Assembly (NCBI GenBank): GCA_902766435.1 | Contig: CACXDM010000106.1 | Coordinates: 10,830 to 74,829, forward strand | DNA from: an uncultured Erysipelotrichaceae bacterium | Lineage (GTDB): Bacteria; Bacillota_I; Bacilli_A; Erysipelotrichales; Erysipelotrichaceae | Reading direction: 5' to 3' | Length of the DNA: 64,000 nt | Notes under the pieces: model-generated | Told to the model about the DNA's origin: nothing | Database searches by the model: none | The model's input: the letters and a program-made list of their open reading frames with translations, nothing else | Shown here: positions 10,175 to 20,144 of the stretch, in pieces | How the letters are laid out: the number at the start of each line of letters is the position of its first letter | Position numbering within the stretch: the stretch's first letter is position 1 | Position numbers and translations under genes: made by a program

Positions 10175-11935
10175 ATGATCAATTTCAAAGAAGATGAAAA
10201 ACTGAATGTGCTGAATCACAGCTGTGCCCATCTGATGGCGCAGGCTGTAAAGCATCTCTATCCGAAGGCTCTGTTCTGGGTAGGTCCTGTTGTGGAGGAA
10301 GGTTTCTACTATGATATCGACCTCGGGGATGAAGTAATCCGTGATGAAGATCTGCCGAAGATCGAAAAGGAAATGAAGAAGTGCGCCAAGGCGGCGAAGA
10401 ACATCGTCAGACGTGAGATTTCCAAGGAAGAAGCGCTTGAGATGTTTGCGGATGATCCGTACAAGGTGGATCTGATCAGCCGTATGGATGAAGATGAGAC
10501 AGTCATCTCATGCTATACACAGGGTGACTTTACCGATCTCTGCCGCGGTCCCCACGTTGAGAATACAAAGCAGTGCCGTTATTTCAAACTGCTGAAGCAT
10601 TCCGGCGCATACTGGAAAGGTGACAAGAACAATAAGGTTCTGCAGAGAATCTACGGTGTCTGTCTGCCGACGCAGGAAGAACTGGATGCCCATCTGGCGG
10701 ATCTTGAAGATGCCAAGATGAGAGATCACAGAAAGCTCGGCAAGGATCTGCAGATGTTCATGTTCTCCGATGTTGTCGGTGCCGGTCTGCCGATGTGGCT
10801 GCCCAACGGTTTTACGGTCAGAAGAATTCTCTCTGACTACATCATGAACAAGGAACTGGCTCAGGGCTATATCCATGTCATGACACCGTCTGTTGTCAGC
10901 ACGAAGCTTTATAAGATCAGCGGACATCTTGCCCATTATAAGGATGATATGTTCCCGATCATGGAGAGAGACCATGATGAATACTGTCTGCGTCCGATGA
11001 ACTGTCCGGAACACATGGTCATGTTCAGAAGCACACTGCATTCCTACCGTGATCTGCCGGTGAGAATTGCCGAGATCGCAAATGATTTCCGCTTCGAAGC
11101 AGGCGGCGCTCTGACGGGTATCGAACGGTCCCGTGCATTTACACAGAACGACAGCCATATCTTCTGCCGCCCGGACCAGATCGCTGATGAGATCAAGGGT
11201 GTAACAAAACTGATTCTTGATGTATATAAGGATTTCGGCTTTGAGAACTATTCCTTCCGTCTTTCTCTCAGGGATCCGGTTAATACCGAGAAGTATTTCG
11301 GTAATGATGAACTTTGGGAAAAGAGTGAAGCGGAACTCAGAGAAGTGCTGAAGGAAATGGGTGTTCCGTACTATGAGGCGCTTGGTGAAGCAGCCTTCTA
11401 CGGACCGAAGATCGACGTTCAGGTCAGAAGCGCGCTCGGGCATGATGTTACGCTTTCCACGATTCAGCTGGATTATCAGCTGCCGGAAAGATTCGAACTG
11501 GAATATGTCGCTTCCAATGGTGAAAAGCTCAGACCTGTTGTTATTCACCGTGCTATACTCGGCTCTCTTGACCGTTTCGTTGCCTTCCTTCTTGAGGAGA
11601 CCAAAGGAAACTTCCCGCTCTGGCTGGCACCGAAGCAGGCAGTCGTCATTCCGATCAAGGCGGAAGCCCATGGTGAATATGCCGACAAAGTGGCTGATCT
11701 TCTTGCGGAAAACGGCGTCAGAGTCAGCGTTGACGGAAGAAATGAAAAGCTCGGATACAGGATCCGTGAAGCACAGACAAGCAAGATCCCGCTTGAGATC
11801 GTTGTCGGTGACGGAGAGATTGCAGATCAGAGCGTAACTGTCAGAAGATACGGCAGAAAGGAAGCTGTCAAGATGACACTTGATGAATTCCTCGCCGCAG
11901 TCAATGAGGAAATCAATTCAAGATCACTCGCATAA
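10175..11935 (+). CDS. thrS: Threonine--tRNA ligase (short form without N-terminal TGS domain)
   Basis: HSCAHLMAQA, DLCRGPH, RDHRKLG, LRPMNCPEH, FYGPKID and IHRAILGS. RBS GGGAGG before the ATG at 10175. Confidence 0.97.
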   Translation: MINFKEDEKLNVLNHSCAHLMAQAVKHLYPKALFWVGPVVEEGFYYDIDLGDEVIRDEDLPKIEKEMKKCAKAAKNIVRREISKEEALEMFADDPYKVDLISRMDEDETVISCYTQGDFTDLCRGPHVENTKQCRYFKLLKHSGAYWKGDKNNKVLQRIYGVCLPTQEELDAHLADLEDAKMRDHRKLGKDLQMFMFSDVVGAGLPMWLPNGFTVRRILSDYIMNKELAQGYIHVMTPSVVSTKLYKISGHLAHYKDDMFPIMERDHDEYCLRPMNCPEHMVMFRSTLHSYRDLPVRIAEIANDFRFEAGGALTGIERSRAFTQNDSHIFCRPDQIADEIKGVTKLILDVYKDFGFENYSFRLSLRDPVNTEKYFGNDELWEKSEAELREVLKEMGVPYYEALGEAAFYGPKIDVQVRSALGHDVTLSTIQLDYQLPERFELEYVASNGEKLRPVVIHRAILGSLDRFVAFLLEETKGNFPLWLAPKQAVVIPIKAEAHGEYADKVADLLAENGVRVSVDGRNEKLGYRIREAQTSKIPLEIVVGDGEIADQSVTVRRYGRKEAVKMTLDEFLAAVNEEINSRSLA

Positions 11936-11944
11936 TATACGAAA

Positions 11945-11972
11945 CATCCTCTGCTGTATCAGCAGGGGATTT
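11945..11972 (+). terminator. Rho-independent terminator after thrS
   Basis: ATCCTCTGCTG-tat-CAGCAGGGGAT followed by TTT. Confidence 0.7.
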
Positions 11973-12038
11973 TCTTCGCTTCCTTATGCTATAATAGTCC
12001 CGCCCGTATCTTTGACGGAGTGTCAGAGGAGGTTAGCG

Positions 12039-12455
12039 ATGAAAAAGGAAAAATCCTGCGGCGCAGTCATATACAGAAATACAGAAGAAGGAATACGGTA
12101 TCTCGTGATCCGGCAGGTTCAGGGACACTGGTGTTTCCCCAAGGGTCATATTGAAAAGGGTGAAACAGAGGAAGAAACGGCAGAAAGAGAGATTCTCGAG
12201 GAAACTGGGATGAGTGTTTCCTTTGTGAACGGCTTCCGTTATGTACTCTCATATTCACCTCAGGAAAACGTCATGAAGGATGTTGTTTACTTCCTGGCGG
12301 AATATCTGAGCGGTGAAGGAAAGGCGCAGGAAGAAGAAGTTTCCACATTCGCATGGATGGATGAAGCGCAGACGGCTTACACGCTGACATATGAGAATGA
12401 CCGGCAGTTATTCGCGGCTGCCCGGAAGTTCATGCAGGAGGAAAAAGGTGTTTAA
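12039..12455 (+). CDS. NUDIX hydrolase (Ap4A hydrolase-like)
   Basis: EKSCGAV, HWCFPKGHIEKGETEEETAEREILEETG Nudix box. RBS GAGGAGG. Confidence 0.9.
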   Translation: MKKEKSCGAVIYRNTEEGIRYLVIRQVQGHWCFPKGHIEKGETEEETAEREILEETGMSVSFVNGFRYVLSYSPQENVMKDVVYFLAEYLSGEGKAQEEEVSTFAWMDEAQTAYTLTYENDRQLFAAARKFMQEEKGV

Positions 12456-13338
12456 TCAGGTTCCGCTTACACTGAATCAGGAATATCAGTCTTTTCTGAA
12501 AGGCTGCGGCAGTGCGTTTGCCGGATACTCCGGTGAAGGAAACAAGATCCGGGCAGTGACCCGGGACGGGGTTTTCTTCGGTCTTTTTGCCGAGAAGCAT
12601 AATGCTGAAGGAGTCGTATTCAGAACCGTTCTGAAAGACGGACTTTCGTTTGAGGACGGCAAACACTGTATTGCATATCTTACCGAATGTCTGATCAGGA
12701 ATTATCATCCCGTCAGGATTGAGACAACCGGCCGTACACCGTATCTGATCCGTGTCTTTGAGGCCAACGGGTATTATGCCAAAGGACAGGGCTGGCAGAA
12801 GATCATTGACAGGCAGAGATATCATCTGCAGGACAGGGCATTTGATCAGGAAGGCTATATCATCAACCAGGGACTGACGGACGCGATTCCTTTCGGCTGG
12901 TTTACCAGCAAAGACAAGGGATGCGGCTGGATCAGCGCATTCAACCTGTTTAAGATTGCCGGCTGTGAGAAGACGATTTCCTTCTGTGCTTCCGGTCTGA
13001 ATACATTCTCACCCATCGGCAAACTGATGGGCGAAGAACTGCTGCAGGAATGGTTCTGGTTAAAACGTAAGGGACTCAATCTCGGTCTTACGCGGGGGAC
13101 CAACCGGCAGAGCATTGAGGCAATGAAAAAATACAAAGGAGGCATACTCCTTTACACACACCGCAGAGGCGCGCATTACGTGGCGTTCGAAAACATCGGC
13201 GGAGGAAAAATCCATGTCTGGAATGCCGTTTACGGCAAACGGGATCATATCGATACACCGGAGAACTTTCTTAAGGTTTATGCCTGGCTCCCGTTTTCTT
13301 CCGTACTATATCTGAAAGATTATGAAAACAGTCATTAG
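12448..13338 (+). CDS. Hypothetical protein with C-terminal papain-like (C39-type) peptidase domain
   Basis: GTG start after AGGAGG. Putative catalytic residues in INQ...KGCGW...HYVAF...HVWNA. Confidence 0.55.
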   Translation: MFNQVPLTLNQEYQSFLKGCGSAFAGYSGEGNKIRAVTRDGVFFGLFAEKHNAEGVVFRTVLKDGLSFEDGKHCIAYLTECLIRNYHPVRIETTGRTPYLIRVFEANGYYAKGQGWQKIIDRQRYHLQDRAFDQEGYIINQGLTDAIPFGWFTSKDKGCGWISAFNLFKIAGCEKTISFCASGLNTFSPIGKLMGEELLQEWFWLKRKGLNLGLTRGTNRQSIEAMKKYKGGILLYTHRRGAHYVAFENIGGGKIHVWNAVYGKRDHIDTPENFLKVYAWLPFSSVLYLKDYENSH

Positions 13339-16222
13339 GAAAACATTGAGAACAAGTCTGTCTTTTGTCCTCGGCTGCTGTATGGCAGCCGGTTTTCTGC
13401 CTGTCAGAGCGGAAGAGGATGAGACAGTATATGATCTGAGAAGTTCGGCGGATGAAGAATCCATCGAAGAGTTCGGCAGTTATAAAGATGCCGCAAAGGC
13501 ATTTGATGAAATACGTGATGATTACGATAATCTGCTTCTTTACCGTGATGATGTTCTGGTAAAGGCAGAGTACGCTGCGGCTGTATTTGAAACGGATGAC
13601 GCATGTGAATATACCGTTGCCGGCAGGCGTCAGTCAGACGGAAAAAGCGTAAATATAAACGGATGTTACGGCGCGGATGCGCTGTATCTGGAAACAGACG
13701 ACAGCGGGGAAGAGGCGCTGATCATGATCAGCGGCATGAAAGGATATGTATCACTGTATGATATTACCCTGATTCCCTCAGGCAGTCTGGAAACCACGCT
13801 GAGCAGTTATACGGTCAACGACGGAACGCTTTTCCATCAGATCAAGACACAGATGGACAGTGATCTTTATTCAAACTATATCCGCGGCGGAAGCGCTCCG
13901 GCAGGAATCGGCGAAGGTGATACCGTATACAGTTATGACGGACATTATTTCTACAGTGATTTCAATGCCATGAGTGATGATGTCCGCAGTGGTGAATATG
14001 ATCAGGCGCTCAACAGTGAGGCTTACTATGATTATTTCCAGTTTCTCCCGCACCGTTCGCTGTCTTTGTACGGCAGGGATGATTTCCAGCATCTGTTTAA
14101 TGACATATACGGTTTTCATGCGGCGATGGACACCTTCAGCGATCAGAATCTTGACGGAATGGATGACACGGTCAACCGTTCCCAGCTGTACGGAACAGCA
14201 GATGCCCTGATCGGTTTTCAGAACCGCTACGGCGCCAATGCGCTGCTTGCCCTCGGCCTCAGTGAACTCGAGTCATCATACGGCAGAAGCTATTATGCGT
14301 TTACGAAGAACAATCTGTTTGAACACGCAGCTTACGATACGGATCAGGAACTGGAGAACAACCGCTTTGATTCCGTAAACCGTTCGCTTTACAGCCACGC
14401 GAAGTATTTCGTTTCCGGAAGCTACTGCTCACCGTTAAAGGACGAGTATCAGGGAGGATTCTTCGGTAATCTTGCATCGGGAATGAATGTCTTCTGTTCC
14501 TCTGATCCGTACTGGGGGGAAAAGGCGGCCTCCTTTACCAGACAGGCAGATCTCTTTCTGGGAAAGAAGGATCTTTCTGCCTATACCGTCGGAATCAAGA
14601 CATCGGATGAGAAAATGCAGATCTACCGTCAGGCAAACAAGACGGAAGGTGCGCTGTATAATTCTCCGGCGAGTCCCGACTATGCGGTGATCATTCTTGG
14701 CGAAGAGGGTGATTTCTATAAGATTCAGAGTGATTCGACACTGACGGATGAACTGACGGATATCAGCTACGATTATGACTTCGCGGGTGATATCGGATAT
14801 GTACTCAAATCGGATATTTCACATGTCGAAACAGGCAGTTCTGCCAATACTTCCGCACCGGAAATCCGGGTAACGTTCCAGGCCGGAGAGGGATCATTCT
14901 CGGACGGTGAAAGTGAATTTACGGCATATTTCCACAGCGGCGATATTCCTTCCTGTGAGGCGCCCGTGCTGTATGAATCCGAGTTTTCCGGCTGGGACAG
15001 GGAACCTTCCGCTGTTACTGAAGATACGGAGTATACTGCGGTTTACCGGCAGATTGATTCGGTTGAAATCGGCAATATGCCGCGTCAGGACTATGAGATC
15101 AATGACCGGCCTGACCTGCAGGACGGAACACTGATTGTTCACTACACTGACGGGGAGGACCGTGAGATTCCGGTCACACCGGAGATGATTTCCGGCTTTG
15201 ACCTCAGCGCCAACGGAGATCAGGCGGTAACTGTAAGCTACTGCGGTCATTCGGCGGATTACGGTATCCATGTATCGGCTGAACAGGATGCGGTCCGTAA
15301 TGATATCAAAACACAGATTGAAGAGATCATCCGCGAGTATGGTGATGCGGAGGAAATCGACGAGGAAGCGGCAGGCAGAATCCTTGCGGTCAAGAAGTCG
15401 GTGGATGATCAGTTTCTGCCGTATCTGACACAGAGCCAGCTGCGTGTATTCGATCAGCTTGTACACCGTGCTTCTCGTGACCGTATACTTCTGATGGTTT
15501 CCGAAAACAATATGGGATTCGGAATCTCTGGCGTCAGTCTTAATCTTTCGGAAAAGAACACCGGTGAAGTGCGCGTCTGTCAGATCAATGTTTCCGAAGC
15601 GGCGGATGACGAAAACCGGAAAACAGTTGCGGATACCGCTGCAGGGATGAACTATGCACTCTGCAGTACGGTTTCCTTCACGGTCAGTGAAAACGATGAG
15701 CCGGTGACACTGAATCATCCCGTGATCTGTTCGGTTGACAAACCGGCCGGGAATGAAGCCGGAACGGTATACCGGGTGTACCGGCTGGATCCTGACGGAG
15801 ATATAACGGAATGTCTTACCAGACTCAGTCAGAACAAAATCAGCTTCATGACGGACAGGACCGGTGATTTCTACATTGCCTCAAGACTGACATCGAATGT
15901 GATTGACTATGAGGATCCGGTGGAATCCGTCACCTATGAAACAAGTGATGAAATGCCGCCGATCGAAGAGATTCATCCGAATTTCCCTTACGGCATGGCA
16001 GCGGTCAGTGTTCTCGGTATTATTGCCCTGTTCCTGCTTGGCAGAATGATTTATCTGAAATTCTACCGGAAGCGCAGAAGACAGGAGAGAATTGACAGGG
16101 AAAAGGAAATCAAGGATATCGAGCTGACCACGATGAAGCTTGAACTCGGGGACATTGAATTATGGACCGAGACACATGACAGGAGAAAGTGGCATGATAA
16201 ACACAATCGTTCCTCTCACTGA
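13322..16222 (+). CDS. Secreted, membrane-anchored peptidoglycan glucosaminidase (GH73/LytB-like) with Ig-like domain
   Basis: Signal peptide, YGANALLALGLSELESSYGRS...KNNLF and SDPYWGEK motifs, Big_3-like PRQDYEINDRPDLQDGTLIVHYTDG, C-terminal TM helix followed by a basic tail. Confidence 0.8.
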   Translation: MKTVIRKTLRTSLSFVLGCCMAAGFLPVRAEEDETVYDLRSSADEESIEEFGSYKDAAKAFDEIRDDYDNLLLYRDDVLVKAEYAAAVFETDDACEYTVAGRRQSDGKSVNINGCYGADALYLETDDSGEEALIMISGMKGYVSLYDITLIPSGSLETTLSSYTVNDGTLFHQIKTQMDSDLYSNYIRGGSAPAGIGEGDTVYSYDGHYFYSDFNAMSDDVRSGEYDQALNSEAYYDYFQFLPHRSLSLYGRDDFQHLFNDIYGFHAAMDTFSDQNLDGMDDTVNRSQLYGTADALIGFQNRYGANALLALGLSELESSYGRSYYAFTKNNLFEHAAYDTDQELENNRFDSVNRSLYSHAKYFVSGSYCSPLKDEYQGGFFGNLASGMNVFCSSDPYWGEKAASFTRQADLFLGKKDLSAYTVGIKTSDEKMQIYRQANKTEGALYNSPASPDYAVIILGEEGDFYKIQSDSTLTDELTDISYDYDFAGDIGYVLKSDISHVETGSSANTSAPEIRVTFQAGEGSFSDGESEFTAYFHSGDIPSCEAPVLYESEFSGWDREPSAVTEDTEYTAVYRQIDSVEIGNMPRQDYEINDRPDLQDGTLIVHYTDGEDREIPVTPEMISGFDLSANGDQAVTVSYCGHSADYGIHVSAEQDAVRNDIKTQIEEIIREYGDAEEIDEEAAGRILAVKKSVDDQFLPYLTQSQLRVFDQLVHRASRDRILLMVSENNMGFGISGVSLNLSEKNTGEVRVCQINVSEAADDENRKTVADTAAGMNYALCSTVSFTVSENDEPVTLNHPVICSVDKPAGNEAGTVYRVYRLDPDGDITECLTRLSQNKISFMTDRTGDFYIASRLTSNVIDYEDPVESVTYETSDEMPPIEEIHPNFPYGMAAVSVLGIIALFLLGRMIYLKFYRKRRRQERIDREKEIKDIELTTMKLELGDIELWTETHDRRKWHDKHNRSSH

Positions 16223-16469
16223 GATCTCATGGGAAAGAAAAGACCCGGGAAATCTGACGGAAAGCATACGTCAGAGGGGAATTGCCATTCCCGTTCATGT
16301 CAGAAAGACGGAAAACGGATATGTCTGTACTGATGGAAACAGAAGACTGAGCGCCGCGGAAATCCTTGCGGCGGAGAATGAGAAATTCGCCAGAATTTCC
16401 GTCATGATAGAGAATGATTTTTCCAAAGCGGGAAGTTCCTATTGGGGAAACACACAGAATAAACATTAG
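16194..16469 (+). CDS. Small ParB/Srx N-terminal-domain protein
   Basis: LTESIRQRGIAIPVHV...YVCTDGNRRLSA resembles ParB boxes I/II. RBS AGGAG. Confidence 0.7.
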   Translation: MINTIVPLTEISWERKDPGNLTESIRQRGIAIPVHVRKTENGYVCTDGNRRLSAAEILAAENEKFARISVMIENDFSKAGSSYWGNTQNKH

Positions 16470-16477
16470 GAGTTTAT

Positions 16478-17215
16478 ATGGAAAGACTGCAGAAAGTGAT
16501 TGCCAGATCCGGCGTTGCCTCAAGACGTAAGGCTGAGGAACTGATCAGAAACGGCAGGGTTGCCGTGAACGGAAAAACGGTAACCGAAATGGGAATACAG
16601 GTCAGCGATGACGATGAAATCACCGTAAACGGTACTGCTCTGCAGAAAGAGGAAAAAGTCTATTATCTTCTGAATAAGCCGAAGAAGATGATCTGCACTG
16701 TTTCCGATGAGCACGGCAGGGAAACCGTCATGTCCTGTTTTCCGGATGTGAAGGAAAGGATCTTCCCCGTCGGCAGACTGGATTATGAAACGACCGGACT
16801 TCTTCTCATGACGAATGACGGTGAATTTGCCAATCAGATGATGCATCCCCGCACTCATATTCCCAAAACATATGAAGTGGTGATCAGCGGCGCGTTTACC
16901 GATGACATGGCGAGAATCCTGGCCAACGGCATCATGCTGGATGACGGCAGAACACTGCCGGCGGAAGTGGAGATCGTCAACCGTTCCCTGGCCAAAAAGA
17001 AAGCCGTTCTTCAGATTACGATCCATGAGGGACGCAACCGGGAAGTACGGCGGATGATGGAGTATTTCCATTGTGAAGTGAAGCGCCTGACAAGAATCGA
17101 GTACGGTTTTCTGGACCTCGGTAATCTGCGGCAGGGGCAGTACCGCCGTCTGCGTCAGTATGAAGTCAGAAAGCTGCTCGAAATGGCAAGAAAGAATCAG
17201 AGTTCAATGAAGTGA
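16478..17215 (+). CDS. rluB: rRNA pseudouridine synthase (RluB/RsuA family)
   Basis: MERLQKVIARSGVASRRKAE S4 domain, PVGRLDYETTGLL and EGRNREVRRM. Confidence 0.9.
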   Translation: MERLQKVIARSGVASRRKAEELIRNGRVAVNGKTVTEMGIQVSDDDEITVNGTALQKEEKVYYLLNKPKKMICTVSDEHGRETVMSCFPDVKERIFPVGRLDYETTGLLLMTNDGEFANQMMHPRTHIPKTYEVVISGAFTDDMARILANGIMLDDGRTLPAEVEIVNRSLAKKKAVLQITIHEGRNREVRRMMEYFHCEVKRLTRIEYGFLDLGNLRQGQYRRLRQYEVRKLLEMARKNQSSMK

Positions 17216-18837
17216 GAAAGCTGTTCCGCATCAGGATCAATATAGATCGTACGGTAGCTTCCGAGCTGAACCATACCGGGTTTTGCGCCCGGTATTTTTT
17301 TCAGGTTCCTGACGGGACACCATGTGACGGGAACAGAGGAGGAAGCTCTGCCGGCGGAATAATACGCTGCAAGATTTGCCGCAAAGCGGAGAACATCTTC
17401 TCCGGGTGAAGAATCATGAATGACAACATGAGCGCCGTGATAATCTTTCGCATGGAGCCAGATGTCATTTTTTCTTGCAGTATGCCATGTGATCTGTTCG
17501 TTCTGCAGATTATTGCGGCCATAGGAGATCCTTACGCCTTCGAATTCCACAGTATGACAGTGCGGTCCTTTGTTCGGCTTTTTCCGTTTCTGCTTACGAC
17601 CGGTTTCTTTCAGATACCCGAGTCTTATCAGTTCTTCCCGGATCTCAGACGCAGTTTCGAAATCAGCCTGGTCGAGCTGCTGCAGGAGTCCTTCGAAATA
17701 GGTGATCTCATTTTCACAGATCCCGATCTGTTCCGAGAGATGTTCCTGGCCTTTTTTCAGCTTGTTGTATTTCTGGAATGATCTGCGGGCATTGCCTCTG
17801 CCGTCAAGTTTCGGATCAAGAGGAATGTGTACCGGTGCTCCGGTCTCAAAATCCTCAAGAACAATTTCATCTCTGCCTTTAGTGTCCTGTACGTTATAAG
17901 CGTAAAGCAATTCCCCATAGGTACGGTATCTGTCGCAGTCCTTCGCCTGATCCAGCTCATCCAGAAGGCGGGGAAGCTTCTGTTTCTGATGCTTCAGCTG
18001 CCGGCTGACATATTTATAGATATCGCCGCTGATCCGGCGGATCCGTTCTTTCTCTTCCCGGTCATAGTACAGAATATCGAAGCCTTCCATCAGAGGATAG
18101 GAAACGGATTTGCCGTACATTGTGACGGGAATGCAGTGGAAGGCAGGCTCGTTGTTATGATTGCAGATAAACAGACGGCTGCTCTTTCTGATCTCCTCCA
18201 TAACAGACGCAAAAGACTGCCCGTTTTCCATTCTGTATTCGGTTTCCTTTGCAAGAAGCGGTGAGAAGCCGGCATACTGTCTGACAAGGGATAAGGAGGG
18301 ATCCGGAGTAGTGGTATCCTGAAAGGGATCATTCTTGTTCTGCGGTTCGATCGGCTTGAATACGGCTCCCGGAAAGATCGTTCTTCTGCTGTTTTCAAAA
18401 GGCGGTATGACCTTCATGGCGCCGATGATCTTTTCCTCACTGTTCACAAGAATGAGATTGGCATAGTTTCCGAGCAGTTCGGCATAGAGATACAGAATTT
18501 CCAGATCACCGATCGTATTCCGGTGCCGGATGGTAATGACACACCAGCGGTCAAGACCGCCCTGAACAATACTTTCCATCGTACCGCCTTCAAGATGTTT
18601 TCTCAGCAGCATGACAAAATTGCCGGGTTCGGCCGGTGTCGGATAGCTGTTTTTTGTGAAAAGTATCCGGTTGTAAACGGAGTGACAGGAAAATAGCAGC
18701 TGCTGCTTTCCGTTATGACCGTGTGTCTGAAAGAGAACTTCCGTCGGGGATATTTCCCATATTTTCTGAATCCGCATCGGCATGGAAGCCTGGATTCCTT
18801 CAATGATTTTTTTCAGAAGAATTCCGTCAATTGCCAT
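17197..18837 (-). CDS. rqcH: Rqc2/RqcH (FbpA/PavA, NFACT family) protein
   Basis: MAIDG N-terminus, FVMLLRKHLEG, GRNNLQNE and WLHAKDYHGAHVVI. Confidence 0.9.
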   Translation of the reverse strand: MAIDGILLKKIIEGIQASMPMRIQKIWEISPTEVLFQTHGHNGKQQLLFSCHSVYNRILFTKNSYPTPAEPGNFVMLLRKHLEGGTMESIVQGGLDRWCVITIRHRNTIGDLEILYLYAELLGNYANLILVNSEEKIIGAMKVIPPFENSRRTIFPGAVFKPIEPQNKNDPFQDTTTPDPSLSLVRQYAGFSPLLAKETEYRMENGQSFASVMEEIRKSSRLFICNHNNEPAFHCIPVTMYGKSVSYPLMEGFDILYYDREEKERIRRISGDIYKYVSRQLKHQKQKLPRLLDELDQAKDCDRYRTYGELLYAYNVQDTKGRDEIVLEDFETGAPVHIPLDPKLDGRGNARRSFQKYNKLKKGQEHLSEQIGICENEITYFEGLLQQLDQADFETASEIREELIRLGYLKETGRKQKRKKPNKGPHCHTVEFEGVRISYGRNNLQNEQITWHTARKNDIWLHAKDYHGAHVVIHDSSPGEDVLRFAANLAAYYSAGRASSSVPVTWCPVRNLKKIPGAKPGMVQLGSYRTIYIDPDAEQLSHFIEL

Positions 18838-18919
18838 ATTTACACCCTCCGGAACTGCATTATATCATGATTGACGAAACGCTTCGGAATGAATACTATT
18901 GATTAAACGGAGGATACTT

Positions 18920-19504
18920 ATGAACAGGGGACTATTGATCGTGATCAGCGGACCTTCCGGTGTCGGCAAGGGCACAGTGATCAATGAATTTAAGAACAGA
19001 CCGGAACTGAAACTCGTTTTTTCCGTTTCGATGACAACACGTGAGAAAAGACCGGGAGAGGAAGAAGGGGTCAATTATTACTATGTCACGAAAGAAGAAT
19101 TCGAAAAGGCACAGGAAGCCGGTGAACTTCTTGAATCTGCCGAATTTGTCGGCAACTGGTACGGAACACCGCTGAAGGAAGTGGAGCGGCTCAGAGATGA
19201 AGGAAAGAATGTTCTGCTTGAGATCGATGTTCAGGGATGCAGACAGGTTAAGAAAAAGGTTCCTGATGCACTGACGATTTTCATCGTACCGCCGAATATG
19301 GAAGAACTGGAAAAGAGAATCCGGGGAAGAAGAACGGAAGCGGAAGAGATTATCCAGGAACGTCTTGCCAAGGCAGCGCGTGAGATGGAAATGACAAATG
19401 AATATAAGTATGTGATCTGCAATGATGATGTGAAGCTTGCGGCGGATATCATCAGTGTGATCATCAGCCGTCATATGGAACGGAACGCGGAACTGTCAGA
19501 ATAA
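18920..19504 (+). CDS. gmk: Guanylate kinase
   Basis: SGPSGVGKGT, SMTTREKRPGE, YGTP and LEIDVQG. Confidence 0.97.
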   Translation: MNRGLLIVISGPSGVGKGTVINEFKNRPELKLVFSVSMTTREKRPGEEEGVNYYYVTKEEFEKAQEAGELLESAEFVGNWYGTPLKEVERLRDEGKNVLLEIDVQGCRQVKKKVPDALTIFIVPPNMEELEKRIRGRRTEAEEIIQERLAKAAREMEMTNEYKYVICNDDVKLAADIISVIISRHMERNAELSE

Positions 19505-19527
19505 TGACAGTTTTTTTATTTCTGCTG

Positions 19528-19585
19528 TTGCGTAAGCGTTTACATTCTGCTATTATGGAAACTGGAAAGGTTAATTGGGTTTCCA
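19528..19585 (+). promoter_or_regulatory. Promoter with cre-like (CcpA/LacI-type) site and probable TetR operator
   Basis: -35 TTGCGT (19528) and extended -10 TGcTATTAT. CGTAAGCGTTTACA (19531-19544) reads TGTAAACGCTTACG on the minus strand. Inverted repeat TGGAAAC-N16-GTTTCCA at 19556-19585. Confidence 0.6.
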
Positions 19586-20144
19586 AATGGGCGAAAAGAA
19601 TCTTGAAATACTTGAGATGACGATGCAGGAGTTTCAGAAAAACGGACTGAAATTCACACTCAATGATATTGCGTCATCGATGCATATCGCCAAAAAGACA
19701 ATCTATCAATACTATGCGTCCAAGGAAGATCTGCTGATCGGACTGCTGGATTACGGCTTCAGCGAAATACACGAAAAGAAACGGATGATACTGGCTTCTG
19801 ACCTGCCGCCGGCGGAAAAGCTGAAGGAGGCAATGATTGCCATGCCGGATCAGTATCAGCTTCTTGACTTCCGGATGCTGAGCACGCTTTCGGAAAAGTA
19901 TCCGCGGGCAGCTTCGGCGCTGAAAGACCATCTGGAGTCCGACTGGGAACCGATTGTAGCGCTGATAGAGGAAGGTATTTCCAAAGGGATATTCCGGGAT
20001 ATCTCGGTTGCCGTACTGAAGACGATGTTTACCGCCTCGCTTGAGGCATTTCTCAGCACTGAAGTCCTGCAGGAAAACGGAATCTCCTATCAGGAGGCGC
20101 TGGAAGACATGATGACGGTCATCATGGGAGGAATTGTAAAATGA
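19575..20144 (+). CDS. TetR/AcrR family transcriptional regulator
   Basis: HTH FTLNDIASSMHIAKKTIYQYYASKEDL. The start could instead be the ATG at 19587. Confidence 0.92.
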   Translation: MGFQMGEKNLEILEMTMQEFQKNGLKFTLNDIASSMHIAKKTIYQYYASKEDLLIGLLDYGFSEIHEKKRMILASDLPPAEKLKEAMIAMPDQYQLLDFRMLSTLSEKYPRAASALKDHLESDWEPIVALIEEGISKGIFRDISVAVLKTMFTASLEAFLSTEVLQENGISYQEALEDMMTVIMGGIVK

